A stretch of 63,585 bases of DNA, filler included, from Rozella allomycis CSF55 (taxonomy: Eukaryota): assembly GCA_000442015.1 (NCBI GenBank). It is 14 parts of 14 records of this genome, joined end to end, with 100 filler letters (N's around TTAATTAATTAA, not from the genome) between each part and the next. Parts side by side here need not be neighbours in the genome. Positions count along the whole stretch, not along the records: positions 19,909 to 26,543 come from KE560701.1; positions 26,644 to 35,224 come from KE560702.1; positions 35,325 to 36,619 come from KE560705.1; 11 more parts are not named here. The stretch is one strand, 5' to 3'. Both the position numbers and the translations under genes were made by a program. The notes beneath the pieces are model-generated. The model did not search any database, was not told the DNA's origin, and was given only the letters and a program-made list of their open reading frames with translations. Positions 25,901 to 36,719 of this stretch are shown here, piece by piece; within the stretch, counting starts at the first letter, position 1; every line of letters starts with the position of its first letter.

Positions 25901-26543
25901 GATTACATTTTACTTTCAAAAGGGTAATAATTCAAGAAAACCATGTCATTAAAGTTAGCTCTGTAGTTACCGTTATAGAAAGAATAGTAGTCTCTTTTCA
26001 GCCTGAAACCGTACTTCATAGGAGAGGTTGGAGAGAAGTGCTGGTAGTCTATAAACGATTGCAAATTGGGATTAATCACTCTGACATCATAATTTGTACC
26101 GAACATATAATCTTGAACGAAGCACTGCACAGATCCAGCAAATGGCACTAACGATGAGAAATAGTTGAACTCCAAGTCATTTAAGTCTGAACACTGATAT
26201 GCGTTATTAACCTTGATTGGAAAAGATAAAGTAATTTTGGTGTTTTGAGAAAACGTAAATCTACTATTACCACGCAAGACTGTTATGTTTATAGAAGGAG
26301 CTGGTGTTTACAAAATCAAATGAGTTACCTGCAGTATCTGATATAGTACAAATATATGGCATTGGTTGGTCACAAAATCTGTCTTGTAAATTGAAGTTTC
26401 GATATCCAAGATTCATTGCCATACACCTTTTCGACACATCTGAGTGGCAAGACGACAAAGGGTAGTTGGTAATGCAAAGACTCTGAGCATTGAATGGGTC
26501 ACCGTTTCTCCAATTTGTAACAAGATCAGAAGAATTGTCCTTT
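19909..26543 (-). CDS. Giant (about 2,000 aa or more, both ends truncated) extracellular-type protein with a C-type lectin-like domain and beta-rich repeats
   Basis: About 12 same-strand ORFs joined by tiny introns. The upstream end reads TNWRNGDPFNAQSLC...RCMAMN...NLQDRFCDQPMPYICT (CTL-like). The rest is S/T/N/F-rich with many N-x-S/T sequons. Confidence 0.7.
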
Positions 26544-26643
26544 NNNNNNNNNNNNNNNNNNNNNNNNNNNNNNNNNNNNNNNNNNNNTTAATTAATTAAN
26601 NNNNNNNNNNNNNNNNNNNNNNNNNNNNNNNNNNNNNNNNNNN

Positions 26644-28555
26644 TAATCCACAAATGAATACAGTGTCAAATAATTCGCCCATTGGTCCAAATGTAAATCC
26701 AAATATGCAAGGCGCATCAAATCAGTTAAAAACTAATTCATGTGCGCCAAGCAGAGCATGCAAGGGACAGAACGCATTTTCCTCAAAAATAGCTACAACA
26801 TCGGGAATCAAGAATTTTTGCTTGCCAACCAGCCAGTGCATTCAGAACTGTGAAGTATACAAAGACAGTTCCATTGCCATGAATTCTATGGAATGCTTCC
26901 AATGCATGCAAGGCCAATTCGCTGTGTACATTCAGAAGCCAGATCAGTCAGTTGCCAGTGTTTGCAGCTCGCCAAGATACATTATTCCAAATTGTCTAAC
27001 CTACGAGAGACTTCCAGACACGTCTTTGCGCTGCGTTAGATGTGCAGTTGCAAACAACCAACCGACCTTTCCAGTATCTCTTATTAACGGTCAGTCATTG
27101 TGCGTCCCGCAAAATCAGCTGGTTGCCAGATGTGCAAGATATTACGTGGACTTTAGCGGGTACATTAGATGTCAGATGTGCGATACGCAAAACTACGTTC
27201 CTATTGACCTTATTGATCGCTCTGTTTGTGTAAGCTTGGAATATGCTGTTCAAGGATGTCAGCAATATGCCGTATCCGGCGATTCTTTTGTATGCCAAAT
27301 TTGTGATCAAAATAATTACAAACGAGATCCTGCTCAAAATGTTAAATCTCCGGGTGGTGTGTGCGTTCCTAAGAATGTGAAAGATGATATTGTAGACGGT
27401 TGTGATCAGTTTGAAAATGAAAAGTGTGTTAGATGCAAAACTGGATTTGGGAAAAATGGGGAGGGTGTTTGCGTCAAAATCAGCGCTGGTGCACTCAACG
27501 AGCATTGTTCTGAGCTTACAAAGGATAGCGCCCTGTGCACATCATGTGTTAAAGACTTTTTTCCTATTCGATGGAATGGGGATTCAGCGCCATTTCAAAC
27601 TTGTTCTAATCAGCCTAAATTGAAGTTTTTCGAATATTTGTATTCTTTACCAAACAAAGGCGATGGAGACAACGCTATTGGCTTTCTTATTAAAAGAGCA
27701 AAAGAATCTCCTGATCTTAAAGTTGATTTCAACTTTGAAATTCAATTTGGGGGTACAAATCTAATAATGCTTGCCATGAAAGATGGCAGAGATAGCATTA
27801 TTTCGGCATTGAAAGAAGTTATGGATACTCAAAATGTCAGTTCCAATGAATTGTTTTCTTCGATTGTCATGGACGGCGATGAAGGAAAATTACAAAAAGC
27901 CATTTCTTCTGGAGTGCTATCAAACGACAAGTCAACGTGGATAAGAAGTATTTTGGATGTCCGGGGAGGAAAAAATATAGCTAAACTTGTCAAAGTAGCT
28001 GTAGAATCAGGTGCTGAAGTTTTACCAGAAAATATTATGAAAACTGTCTCAAATTGCTTGCCCGATGCCGCTGACACGTTGAATGTTTTACTTCCAAAGC
28101 TCAAAGACAAACTCTCTGATGATTTTAGTGATAAAATAACCCCGATCTTAATTAACTCTTCCGTTGATGGAATACCAACATGTGATGGTAACATCAGAGT
28201 ACAGATGGCGGTGTCATTAATGAAGTCCAAAAAGTTTACAATATCTAAGAAAAGAATATATGTGGTAAACCAAAGAGAAAATAATCAAGATATTGGAAGC
28301 ATATCGAATCCTGATATCTTAGTTAGAAGAGTGTTTATTCAATTTACACATTGCTTCTGGGAAGGAAAGGCTCCATGGTGCGCGAAGGATGCTGGAAATG
28401 GTTGTACAGGAACGGCCTTAATTCTAATGGCTCTTCATGATCATGATTGTTCTTCAGGCCAGAAAGCACTTTGCTGTGTACCTGGAATGGAGCCGACCAT
28501 AGGTACTAATGTATTCGATTATAAAACGGGCCAACTCTCTTCTCTCCCTGATTAA
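26644..28555 (+). CDS. Cys-rich repeat protein with an ankyrin-like middle and a C-terminal WxGxAPWC Cys module; 5' end probably truncated
   Basis: Intronless 633-aa ORF with about 6 repeats of C..Y......CxxC...C, then GGTNLIMLAMKDGRDSII, then CFWEGKAPWC...C...CSSGQKALCC. Confidence 0.75.
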
Positions 28556-28872
28556 TATNCATTAAATAAACATGTTTCTGGGATTTATTATATTGTATTC
28601 CTACTGTGATGCCTATTTGTATCGTATATGTATATCTCGCAACCATCATTATTCCCAAAAATTAGAATCGCCAATCTATATTTAGATGAAAAATTGCCTA
28701 ATTAGGCCGTCAATCTAATTATGTATCCTGGTGACCAATAAAAAATCCGTATATATTGCGGATGGTAAACAACAGAGATGACTCGAGTTTTATTCTAGTT
28801 CCCAATATATTCATGCGCAAAGTACAAAAGCTAATCCCGTCTCTATCTTACAATCATCAGCGTAATCAGTCA

Positions 28873-30249
28873 ATGATTAAACTCGATGAAACTGGAAACT
28901 ATCACAACCCCCACAACATATTAACAAGAATACATGGAAAATGGTATGATTTAACTGAATTTGCTTCCAAGCATCCAGGTGGTTCCACGGCACTACGTTT
29001 AGCAGCTGGCAGAGATGCCACTGTCATGTTTCAATCTCAGCACGTCTTTTCATCAAATACATACATGAAATCTGTTTTAGAAAAGTATCGTATTAAAGAT
29101 AAACATTTGTGCCAATCGTTAAAAACATTGGAAGAAATAGACTCTGAGCGACTCGGCCACGAGTATGGCCTTGTTGATGATGTATATGATTGGCCAGAAG
29201 GTGGCTCAGAATTTACAAAGGAAGTTGTTGGAAGAGTTAAAGAGTACTTTATTGGTGAAGCGAAACGTCGTGGAATATCATTGCGAGAGAGTATCAAGGC
29301 GACTCCACGCCGTCACATTGAAATGGTAGCAACTTTTGCCATGTTTCTGTTATCTTTATATTGGTTCTTCCAAGGATATTTTATTACTCTGCTCGTAACA
29401 CCAGCATTTGCATGGATATTTGCAGCAAACTCTTTCCATGACGCGGCTCACTACGCAGTCTCAACCAAACCATGGGTGAATCGATTTGTTTCTTACTTGT
29501 CTCCATATTTTTCATCGCCTACTACCTGGGCACTTCAGCACAATGTAGCTCATCACTCTTATACGAATATGGCGCACAAGGATCCAGATGTTGCTCATGC
29601 CAGCTATATTAGACGAGATCACCCTGATTTCGAATGGCTTCCAGTTCACGGCCAACAAGTTGGACTCTTAAAGTTTTCAATTCACATTTTGTTTGCAGTA
29701 TTTGGGTTAATATTTATGAATGAATATGAAACATACTTGTCAGGCAAGAAATCTTACAATGAGTCTGTACCTATTGTTCCACAAACGAAAACTAGAATAG
29801 CGATTCATCTTGTAGGAAGGCTTTTAACGATTTCCTTTATCTTTTTCTGGCCCTTTTTCATCTTGGAGCAAGGACTGGGAACCAAGTTGATGTTTTCCAT
29901 TATGCCATTTTGCTTGTTTTCATTGTTTTTCATGATGAATACACAATTGAACCATCTTGTACCGGAAGCACTTGAAGAAAACAGCAGAGATTTTTATGTA
30001 CATGAAGTTTTGACTTCGAATAATTTTGGAGAGCAGAGTTACTTGCACTATATATTGTCTGGCGGTCTTAATATGCAGGCAGAACATCATCTTTTTCCAA
30101 CTGTGAATCAATGCCACTTGATGAAGATTCAGCCGATAGTCAAGGAGGTTTGCATGAAGTATAAAGTTCCGTACCATATGTGTGACGGTTATTTTGATGG
30201 AATGAAAAAGTACATTATCCATTCCTGTAATATGGCTAAAAAGCCATGA
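28873..30249 (+). CDS. Front-end (delta-5/delta-6 type) fatty acid desaturase with fused cytochrome b5; intronless
   Basis: Cytochrome b5 HPGG...GRDAT...H; His boxes HDAAH, HNVAHH and QAEHHLFP. Start codon uncertain (28816 or 28873). Confidence 0.93.
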   Translation: MIKLDETGNYHNPHNILTRIHGKWYDLTEFASKHPGGSTALRLAAGRDATVMFQSQHVFSSNTYMKSVLEKYRIKDKHLCQSLKTLEEIDSERLGHEYGLVDDVYDWPEGGSEFTKEVVGRVKEYFIGEAKRRGISLRESIKATPRRHIEMVATFAMFLLSLYWFFQGYFITLLVTPAFAWIFAANSFHDAAHYAVSTKPWVNRFVSYLSPYFSSPTTWALQHNVAHHSYTNMAHKDPDVAHASYIRRDHPDFEWLPVHGQQVGLLKFSIHILFAVFGLIFMNEYETYLSGKKSYNESVPIVPQTKTRIAIHLVGRLLTISFIFFWPFFILEQGLGTKLMFSIMPFCLFSLFFMMNTQLNHLVPEALEENSRDFYVHEVLTSNNFGEQSYLHYILSGGLNMQAEHHLFPTVNQCHLMKIQPIVKEVCMKYKVPYHMCDGYFDGMKKYIIHSCNMAKKP

Positions 30250-30331
30250 GTCAGCAACACAATATACAGTCTAAAATAAATAAATTAACAAATATTATAT
30301 AAATAATCGATTTTTAAGTAATAAATATATT

Positions 30332-32941
30332 TTATTTCTCCCATGTGGCGTTAAATTCATCGGGCAAGTTGTGTTCAAGGGATATTGAGCTTAATGCAGA
30401 TGACAAGGTAGGCTTTTCAACTTCCGCCACGAATGTATTGACTGGGATTGCTTTTTCGGTTTCTTCTTTTGTCTCCACCTTTTCTTGAACGATTGGGGTT
30501 TCAATTATGACGCCCGGGTTCTTCTTTTGGTAGTATTTTAGAGTTCTTTGATAATATTTATATAAATCTGAATCATTGCTTGAATCTTTCAGATTTGTTT
30601 GAATTAATTCTGTAAGATTGTGAATATGTTTTTCAGTAACCTACAATTTCAATTCAGAATAGAAATTACAACAAGAGGCAACTTTTCATTGAAATAAATG
30701 TAATGATTCAAGATCTCAATAAACAGCAAAGAACTTTCACTCGAATCCATCACAGAATCAGCTGCCTTTAATGACCTTTGAAGACAATCTAATAACTTTT
30801 TATTATCAGATTTCTATTAAAATTAAACTAAAAATAACTTACGTGGAAAATGTATGCGGTAGAGGCAAGTGCTCTGCATTGATCAGATTTCTTTAACATT
30901 CTTGAAGCGTAAAGAAGACAACGAGAAGAAAGAATATCGTAATTTTCAGATGAAAAATATTTAACTTTTGAAAGATGAGTTAAAATTGAAGTAAAACATT
31001 TCAATTGGGATTTGCTATCAGAAACATATTCTTCATATATTAAGAATGACTATTAGTAATAAGGCAAATATTAACATTACCTGGCTAATAAATTCATAAG
31101 CCTCAGATTCAAATCCATTAGCATCAGCAGCGACTGCCAAATCCAAGTTTAAAAGCAATAACGATCTAAATGATTGCTCAACTCCATTTTCCAAATTTTC
31201 AGAAATAAATTTAAGAAATTCGTTTGTTGATTTAAATGCAAATTTTAATATTTCTGATCCATTTTCTTTATTTAAACAATCAATTAAACAATATATAACC
31301 CTAGGAAATGTAAATGGGTATGATTTATGTGCTTTTGATAACTTTTCATTTAGAACAAATAGAATGTTATGATCCCTGGGCAAAAGATCATTAACAATTG
31401 CAATGTCATCTAAATCTTCAGATTCATAAAGCACTTTTATTAAATCAAACAATTTTAAAACATCAAAAGCTTCATTATCTTTAAAACTTTTTATCAATTT
31501 AATGCAAAATTTAGTTGACCCCAAAAAGTTAACGAGGTTTGGGAGTTCTTTTATTTTAAAGGCAAATGGAGTTTCTAAAAGTAAATCAAGATAATGCATC
31601 ATTTCCTTGCTAGTTGATTCATCACTAATTCTATTTGATTAGAATATTTTTGTTTTACTTTTCATTTCGTTTCTCTAAATAATTGGCCAAAAATTCATTC
31701 AATTTAAAAACAAAGTTTCTTGAATTTTCAATTGATGAATTTTTCATGATAATGTCAATCAATGCTTCCAATAGAGAGAAGATATCTCCCAAAGACAAAT
31801 CTATTTTTTTCTTTTATTTGTTAAATATAACTTTTACTTCAATTAAAGAAATGACAGCCTGCAGAAATTCTTCTAAATTATTCTTATTCAATCCGTCCTT
31901 TTCTGCTTGAATGAATCTATTAACAAGAGCAATCATCATGTTCCTGAAATTCACTTCCATTCGCAATTTAGACATTCCATCCAATAAATTTCTCAAAGTG
32001 AACAAATGCCATTCCTCACTAAACGCTTGGATCACAACATCAATTAAATATTCTTGTGCTATAACATCATTACATTCCACAATTTGTTCAAGAACCGGAT
32101 TCAATACATTCTTTTATTATTAAATAAGAATCTTACATTCAAATATACCTCCTTTGTCAATCCTTCAATTTGACTTAGTCTCATCAAAACTGAACCAACA
32201 AGTGTCTTCAATGCTTTTCTCTCATTTTCTCTCTTCTCCTTTTCCCTTGTACTACCCTGGTATTGCATTCTCACCCACAATTTATTCATTTCTATAAAAT
32301 TCTCAATCAAAATTCGTGTAGAAAACTCTATCATTTCAGCACTTTCACCTTTAGATAACGTTTCTTTAATCATAAATCCAAAATAATGACGCAAAAATAA
32401 ACCTCTAATGGGATTTTGAACTCCACGGCACATATCCAACATATCTTCAATTATAGCCTTCTTAGGCGCTAATTCTAAATCAACATAAACAGAACCAACA
32501 GTTATCCTAATTCATTTGCAAAATGCATCTTACATCAAATAAAGTCTCGGTACAATATTTCCTGCATACTGAACCAACTCGTACAAATCACCAAACTTTG
32601 GATTATTTTGCACATTTTCTTTCAAATAGCGCACTAGAATTTGTAATTCATCAAAAACTATCATATCTCTTATTATGTGACAAAAATATTACAAAGTTCA
32701 TAATATTGCTTGGGTCCTAACATAGTCGCTCTCATTTCAAATAGCATGTCCGCACAATGCTTTAAGGCATCCATTAATCTATTAACAGACTATGACTCAC
32801 TGGCTAACACCTTACTAGGGATTTTCTAAATTGAAACGCTGCATTCTTCACCGAAGTCAACGCTTCTTCCAACTCCTTATTGTTGTCTGGCAAAGGGTTA
32901 ATACTCAACTGGGAAGCACTGAGCGAGTATGTAGAAATCAT
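30332..32941 (-). CDS. VPS35: Retromer subunit Vps35, multi-exon
   Basis: [106 protein letters not shown] region. Confidence 0.95.
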
Positions 32942-33001
32942 TAGGGATCAAAGCCACCGAAGCCTCAACTATTTAAGTACCAAAGTAATTTATTAAATAA
33001 T

Positions 33002-34367
33002 TTAAACCCTGATAATCATTGAAGATGTTTCCTCTCCAATTCCAATATATGAAACTATTAATTTCACGACGAATGGTTACTTGGCACATTGACGAAATCT
33101 TCAATAAAGTTGACATAATTTTGAGCTTCAACAGGAAGATCTTCGAATGTCACGCACTTGGAAATGTCAGTTTTCCAGCCAGGAAAGTTTACATATTCAG
33201 GTACTATCTGCTCAAACTCATTCGTACCAACAGGGTAATCTTCCACGATCATTCCGTTTGGCCACTTGTACGACACGCACACTTTCAACACATCCAAGCC
33301 AGTTAAAACATCTAATTTTGTCAAATTTATCCTAAAATTTCATAGAAAAGTTTGATTACTGGTCAAATGAATTTATCATGTTCACATATTTCAAAGCACA
33401 CAAATCAAGCCATCCACATCTTCTTTTTCTACCGGTGGTAGTTCCATATTCCGCACCGTTACTACTCAAATGTTCCATCACAGGGCCTTGGGTAATCTCC
33501 GTCGGGAAGGGACCATGACCAACCCTGGTACAATATGCCTTTACCACACCAATTATAGTTGAAATGCATTTTGTTGAGATCCCAAGACCAGTACACAATC
33601 CACCTACAGTTGTATTAGAAGATGTAACAAATGGGTATGTTCCCAAATCGATATCTAACAAGGCTCCATTGGCACCTTCAATTAGCACGTTCTTATTAGA
33701 TTTTAAAGCTTCATTAATTAATCTCGAAGTATCAAGTATCATACTTGGAATAACTCGAGAAATGTCTTCAAGCTCTGCCAACTCGTCTTCTGGTGAATAC
33801 GACTCCAACAGAGGAAATGATTGCTTCAATTGATTTAACATGGACAAATATCTCTCCTTGAAATTTTCAAAATTCAATAGTTCTCCCACTCTCATACCTG
33901 TCCTTTGAGCTTTTGTAGCATAACATGGTCCAATGCCTTTTCCAGTAGTTCCGATCCTACGGTTTCTTCAGTTGATCATTACCTTTTAACTCCTCGAGAT
34001 GTTTCATTAATTCCATCAATTAAGCGATGAAACTTGAAAATCAGATGAGCTCTCGGCGAAATAAAGATTCGGTGACTGCAATCAGGCAAGTTTTGAATCT
34101 CAGTCATCAACGCGGGTAGGTGAATAACAGTACCGGGTCCAACAATTCCTTTTGTATGGTCTCTAAGAAGTCCACAAGGAAGTAAATGGAACTTGTGAAC
34201 TTTATCATTCGACACAATTGTGTGTCCGGCATTATCTCCACCCTTTGCAACGGTGAAAAAAATTATACTTGAGCTCTAGCACAAACATGACATCTTTTTG
34301 AAAGAAAGTGGATGAGTTTTCCCTTTCCCTCATCTCCCCATTGGGATCCAAGTACAACTGTTGCCAT
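33002..34367 (-). CDS. ADE12: Adenylosuccinate synthetase
   Basis: [69 protein letters not shown]. Confidence 0.97.
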
Positions 34368-34557
34368 ATTGGTAACAGGTAACTCCGAAATTTAAGGGCC
34401 AAAAGGGGGCTATGTCTCAAGTGTGAAAAAATGATAATTCGTCTTAANCAAGTGTGAAAAAATGATAATTCGTCTTAAAAACCACGGATTTTAATATTTT
34501 AATTTGCATAAAAATCTTTCATCTTTATATTGGTTTGGCATAAATTCGGAAATCGAA

Positions 34558-35206
34558 ATGTTTAGATTTTCACGAAAGCTATTTAATGAGGTTAAACCAA
34601 AGGGAATTTACATCAAACAGTTGGTTGATTCAGGTTTTACCGAATCACAAGCAAAAGCTTTGGTATTAGAAATCGACAACATTATTACACAAGAGTAAGA
34701 GGCCATGTACTAAATGAGAGCATAGAATAAACCAGATCAAAGGGAGTTACGTCCAAGTGTCTGATCATAAAGAGGTTAACAATATTTGGATACAATATTT
34801 TAGATACTCCTGGAACACAAAAGGAAATTGGATGAACTAAATTCCAGTGCAGCACAGAATTTCAAAGTCTCATTTGATAATGCTAAAGATTCACTGATTA
34901 AACTTGACGTCGATATGGAAAAAGCTCGATCTGGAATGGCAGATCTTTGCAATCAAGCTGAATCAGGTTTAGAATTAGATATAAATTTAGAGAAGAAAAG
35001 AACCCTTGATTTGACAAAAGAATTAGAAGAAAAAGTAGAAACCATTCCATATTATATGGATAAGAAAATGGAAGTTGTTAATGACAAGGTTAGAGCAATC
35101 AGTCGAGTCGCCATTTTGATACCTTCCGGTAAGATATTTAGTAATAATGTCTCAAGGGTTTTTCGTAATTTCAATGCTAATATTAAATTATAAGCGATTT
35201 TTGTAA
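34558..35206 (+). CDS. Mitochondrial CCDC90/MCUR1-like (DUF1640) coiled-coil protein
   Basis: Presequence-like MFRFSRKLF; KQLVDSGFTESQAKAL; LELDINLEKKR; C-terminal TM after the last intron. Confidence 0.75.
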
Positions 35207-35324
35207 ATAAATCTTAAATTGTGANNNNNNNNNNNNNNNNNNNNNNNNNNNNNNNNNNNNNNNNNNNNTTAATTAATTAANNNNNNNNNNNNNNNNNNNN
35301 NNNNNNNNNNNNNNNNNNNNNNNN

Positions 35325-35689
35325 CAAAACCTGTTTTAAATGAAAAGCTTTCGTTATGATTCTTCTGTGCCGAAACTACCTGATTCACTTCTGTCGGTTC
35401 CTCTGCAGCTTCTTTTAGTTCTATCTGCCCTTCTTCAGAAAATGTAATGCACATCAAATTTTCCGCTCTCAGCGTGATGTACAGTGGACCGAAAACATCT
35501 TTTGTAGATTTAATTGGCATCCAAACTGAACTAACAAGAGATTATTTAATTACGTGGAAGTTCAGATTCATCTTCGCTAAAATATTCCTGTTTCGTGTCT
35601 GTTGCTTCTGGTTTCTTTTCTCGTTTTCTTTTTTGTGTTTTAGGTTTATCTCCTTTAAATTTAAGTTTTGTGGGCTTGAAACTAGACAT
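35325..35689 (-). CDS. FRG1: FRG1-like protein, 5' part
   Basis: MSSFKPTKLKFKGDKPKTQKRKREKK...GWMPIKSTKDVFGPLYI...EPTEVNQV...FSFKTGF, cut by the spacer. Confidence 0.75.
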
Positions 35690-35712
35690 TATAACTTTGT
35701 TGAAATTTCGAA

Positions 35713-36468
35713 ATGATTCGCACATATAGCAAAGAGCATTTACGAGAAGGATTAGAAGATACAGATCGATTGTTGAAAAAAATATTCAGCAATAGTCAAT
35801 TAGGTATTGCCGAGAGTAGCAATGCAGGGGTAGAACAGAACATTGGACAAAAGAATCATCATTCGTAAAATTGTTTTGTCATATTGTCAGGCGCAAACGA
35901 ACCAAATCTTTTAGTCAATTTTTGGATGCAAAGTCTAATGAATCAACTCCGCAGCTCACCAGAGGACAACGCCGTAGGCATTATAGATCTCGATCCTTCC
36001 CCGCGTAAGAATCAACGCACATTTAAATCAGACGATTCGAAGACGCAGATGAAGAAGCCTTTCCAAAGAAGATGAAAGATTCTACTTTATTTGAATTTTA
36101 TGGATTTATGATCTATTTAGTTTCATATGTCGCTTTCTTCATATATTTAGCCTGGGCCATTTTGCCAGAATCAGTTTTGCATTCCATGGGAATCACATAT
36201 TATCCTGACAAGTACTGGGCTATTGCTTTGCCCGTATTTTTCATATCTTTAATACCTTTTATCTACTTAATGCTTTTCTCTTGGAATTTAATGAACACGC
36301 CACCCCTGAATTCTGAAAATGTTTTGACCGGTAATATTTAGTTTGTAAAACCAAATAGACGAGTATGCGTACTTGGCTGATCATATTGTTACTGATTTCC
36401 GGGATGAAAACATTCCAGAATTAATGGATCTACCTGTCAACCTGATAAACCACGCCCTATATTGCTAA
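35713..36468 (+). CDS. GPI19: GPI-GlcNAc transferase subunit PIG-P/Gpi19 with an N-terminal extension
   Basis: EFYGFMIYL...YLAWAILPESVLHSMGITYYPDKYWAIALP...NTPPLNS...DEYA...IPELMDLPV. Upstream exons splice in frame from the ATG at 35713. Confidence 0.88.
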
Positions 36469-36719
36469 TGATCTCCCTATTTATCTAATTAAAATTTATT
36501 TTTACCATTGATTGGTTTAATAATTAAATCAAATGAAACATTTCCTTCTCGATTGAGGCTAAAATTCATGGAATACAATTTTACATCTTTCCTAAAACTA
36601 TAGAATTGTGGCTCAATTTNNNNNNNNNNNNNNNNNNNNNNNNNNNNNNNNNNNNNNNNNNNNTTAATTAATTAANNNNNNNNNNNNNNNNNNNNNNNNN
36701 NNNNNNNNNNNNNNNNNNN

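Noticed and set aside
19909..26543. Stop-codon reassignment or programmed frameshifting as the cause of fragmented ORFs
   Set aside because: The breaks I checked are resolved by canonical 25-30 nt GT-AG introns, and TAA, TAG and TGA all terminate conserved genes normally.
26644..35224. A functional gene cluster of Cys-rich protein, desaturase, VPS35 and ADE12
   Set aside because: There is no pathway link. Proximity is expected in such a compact genome.
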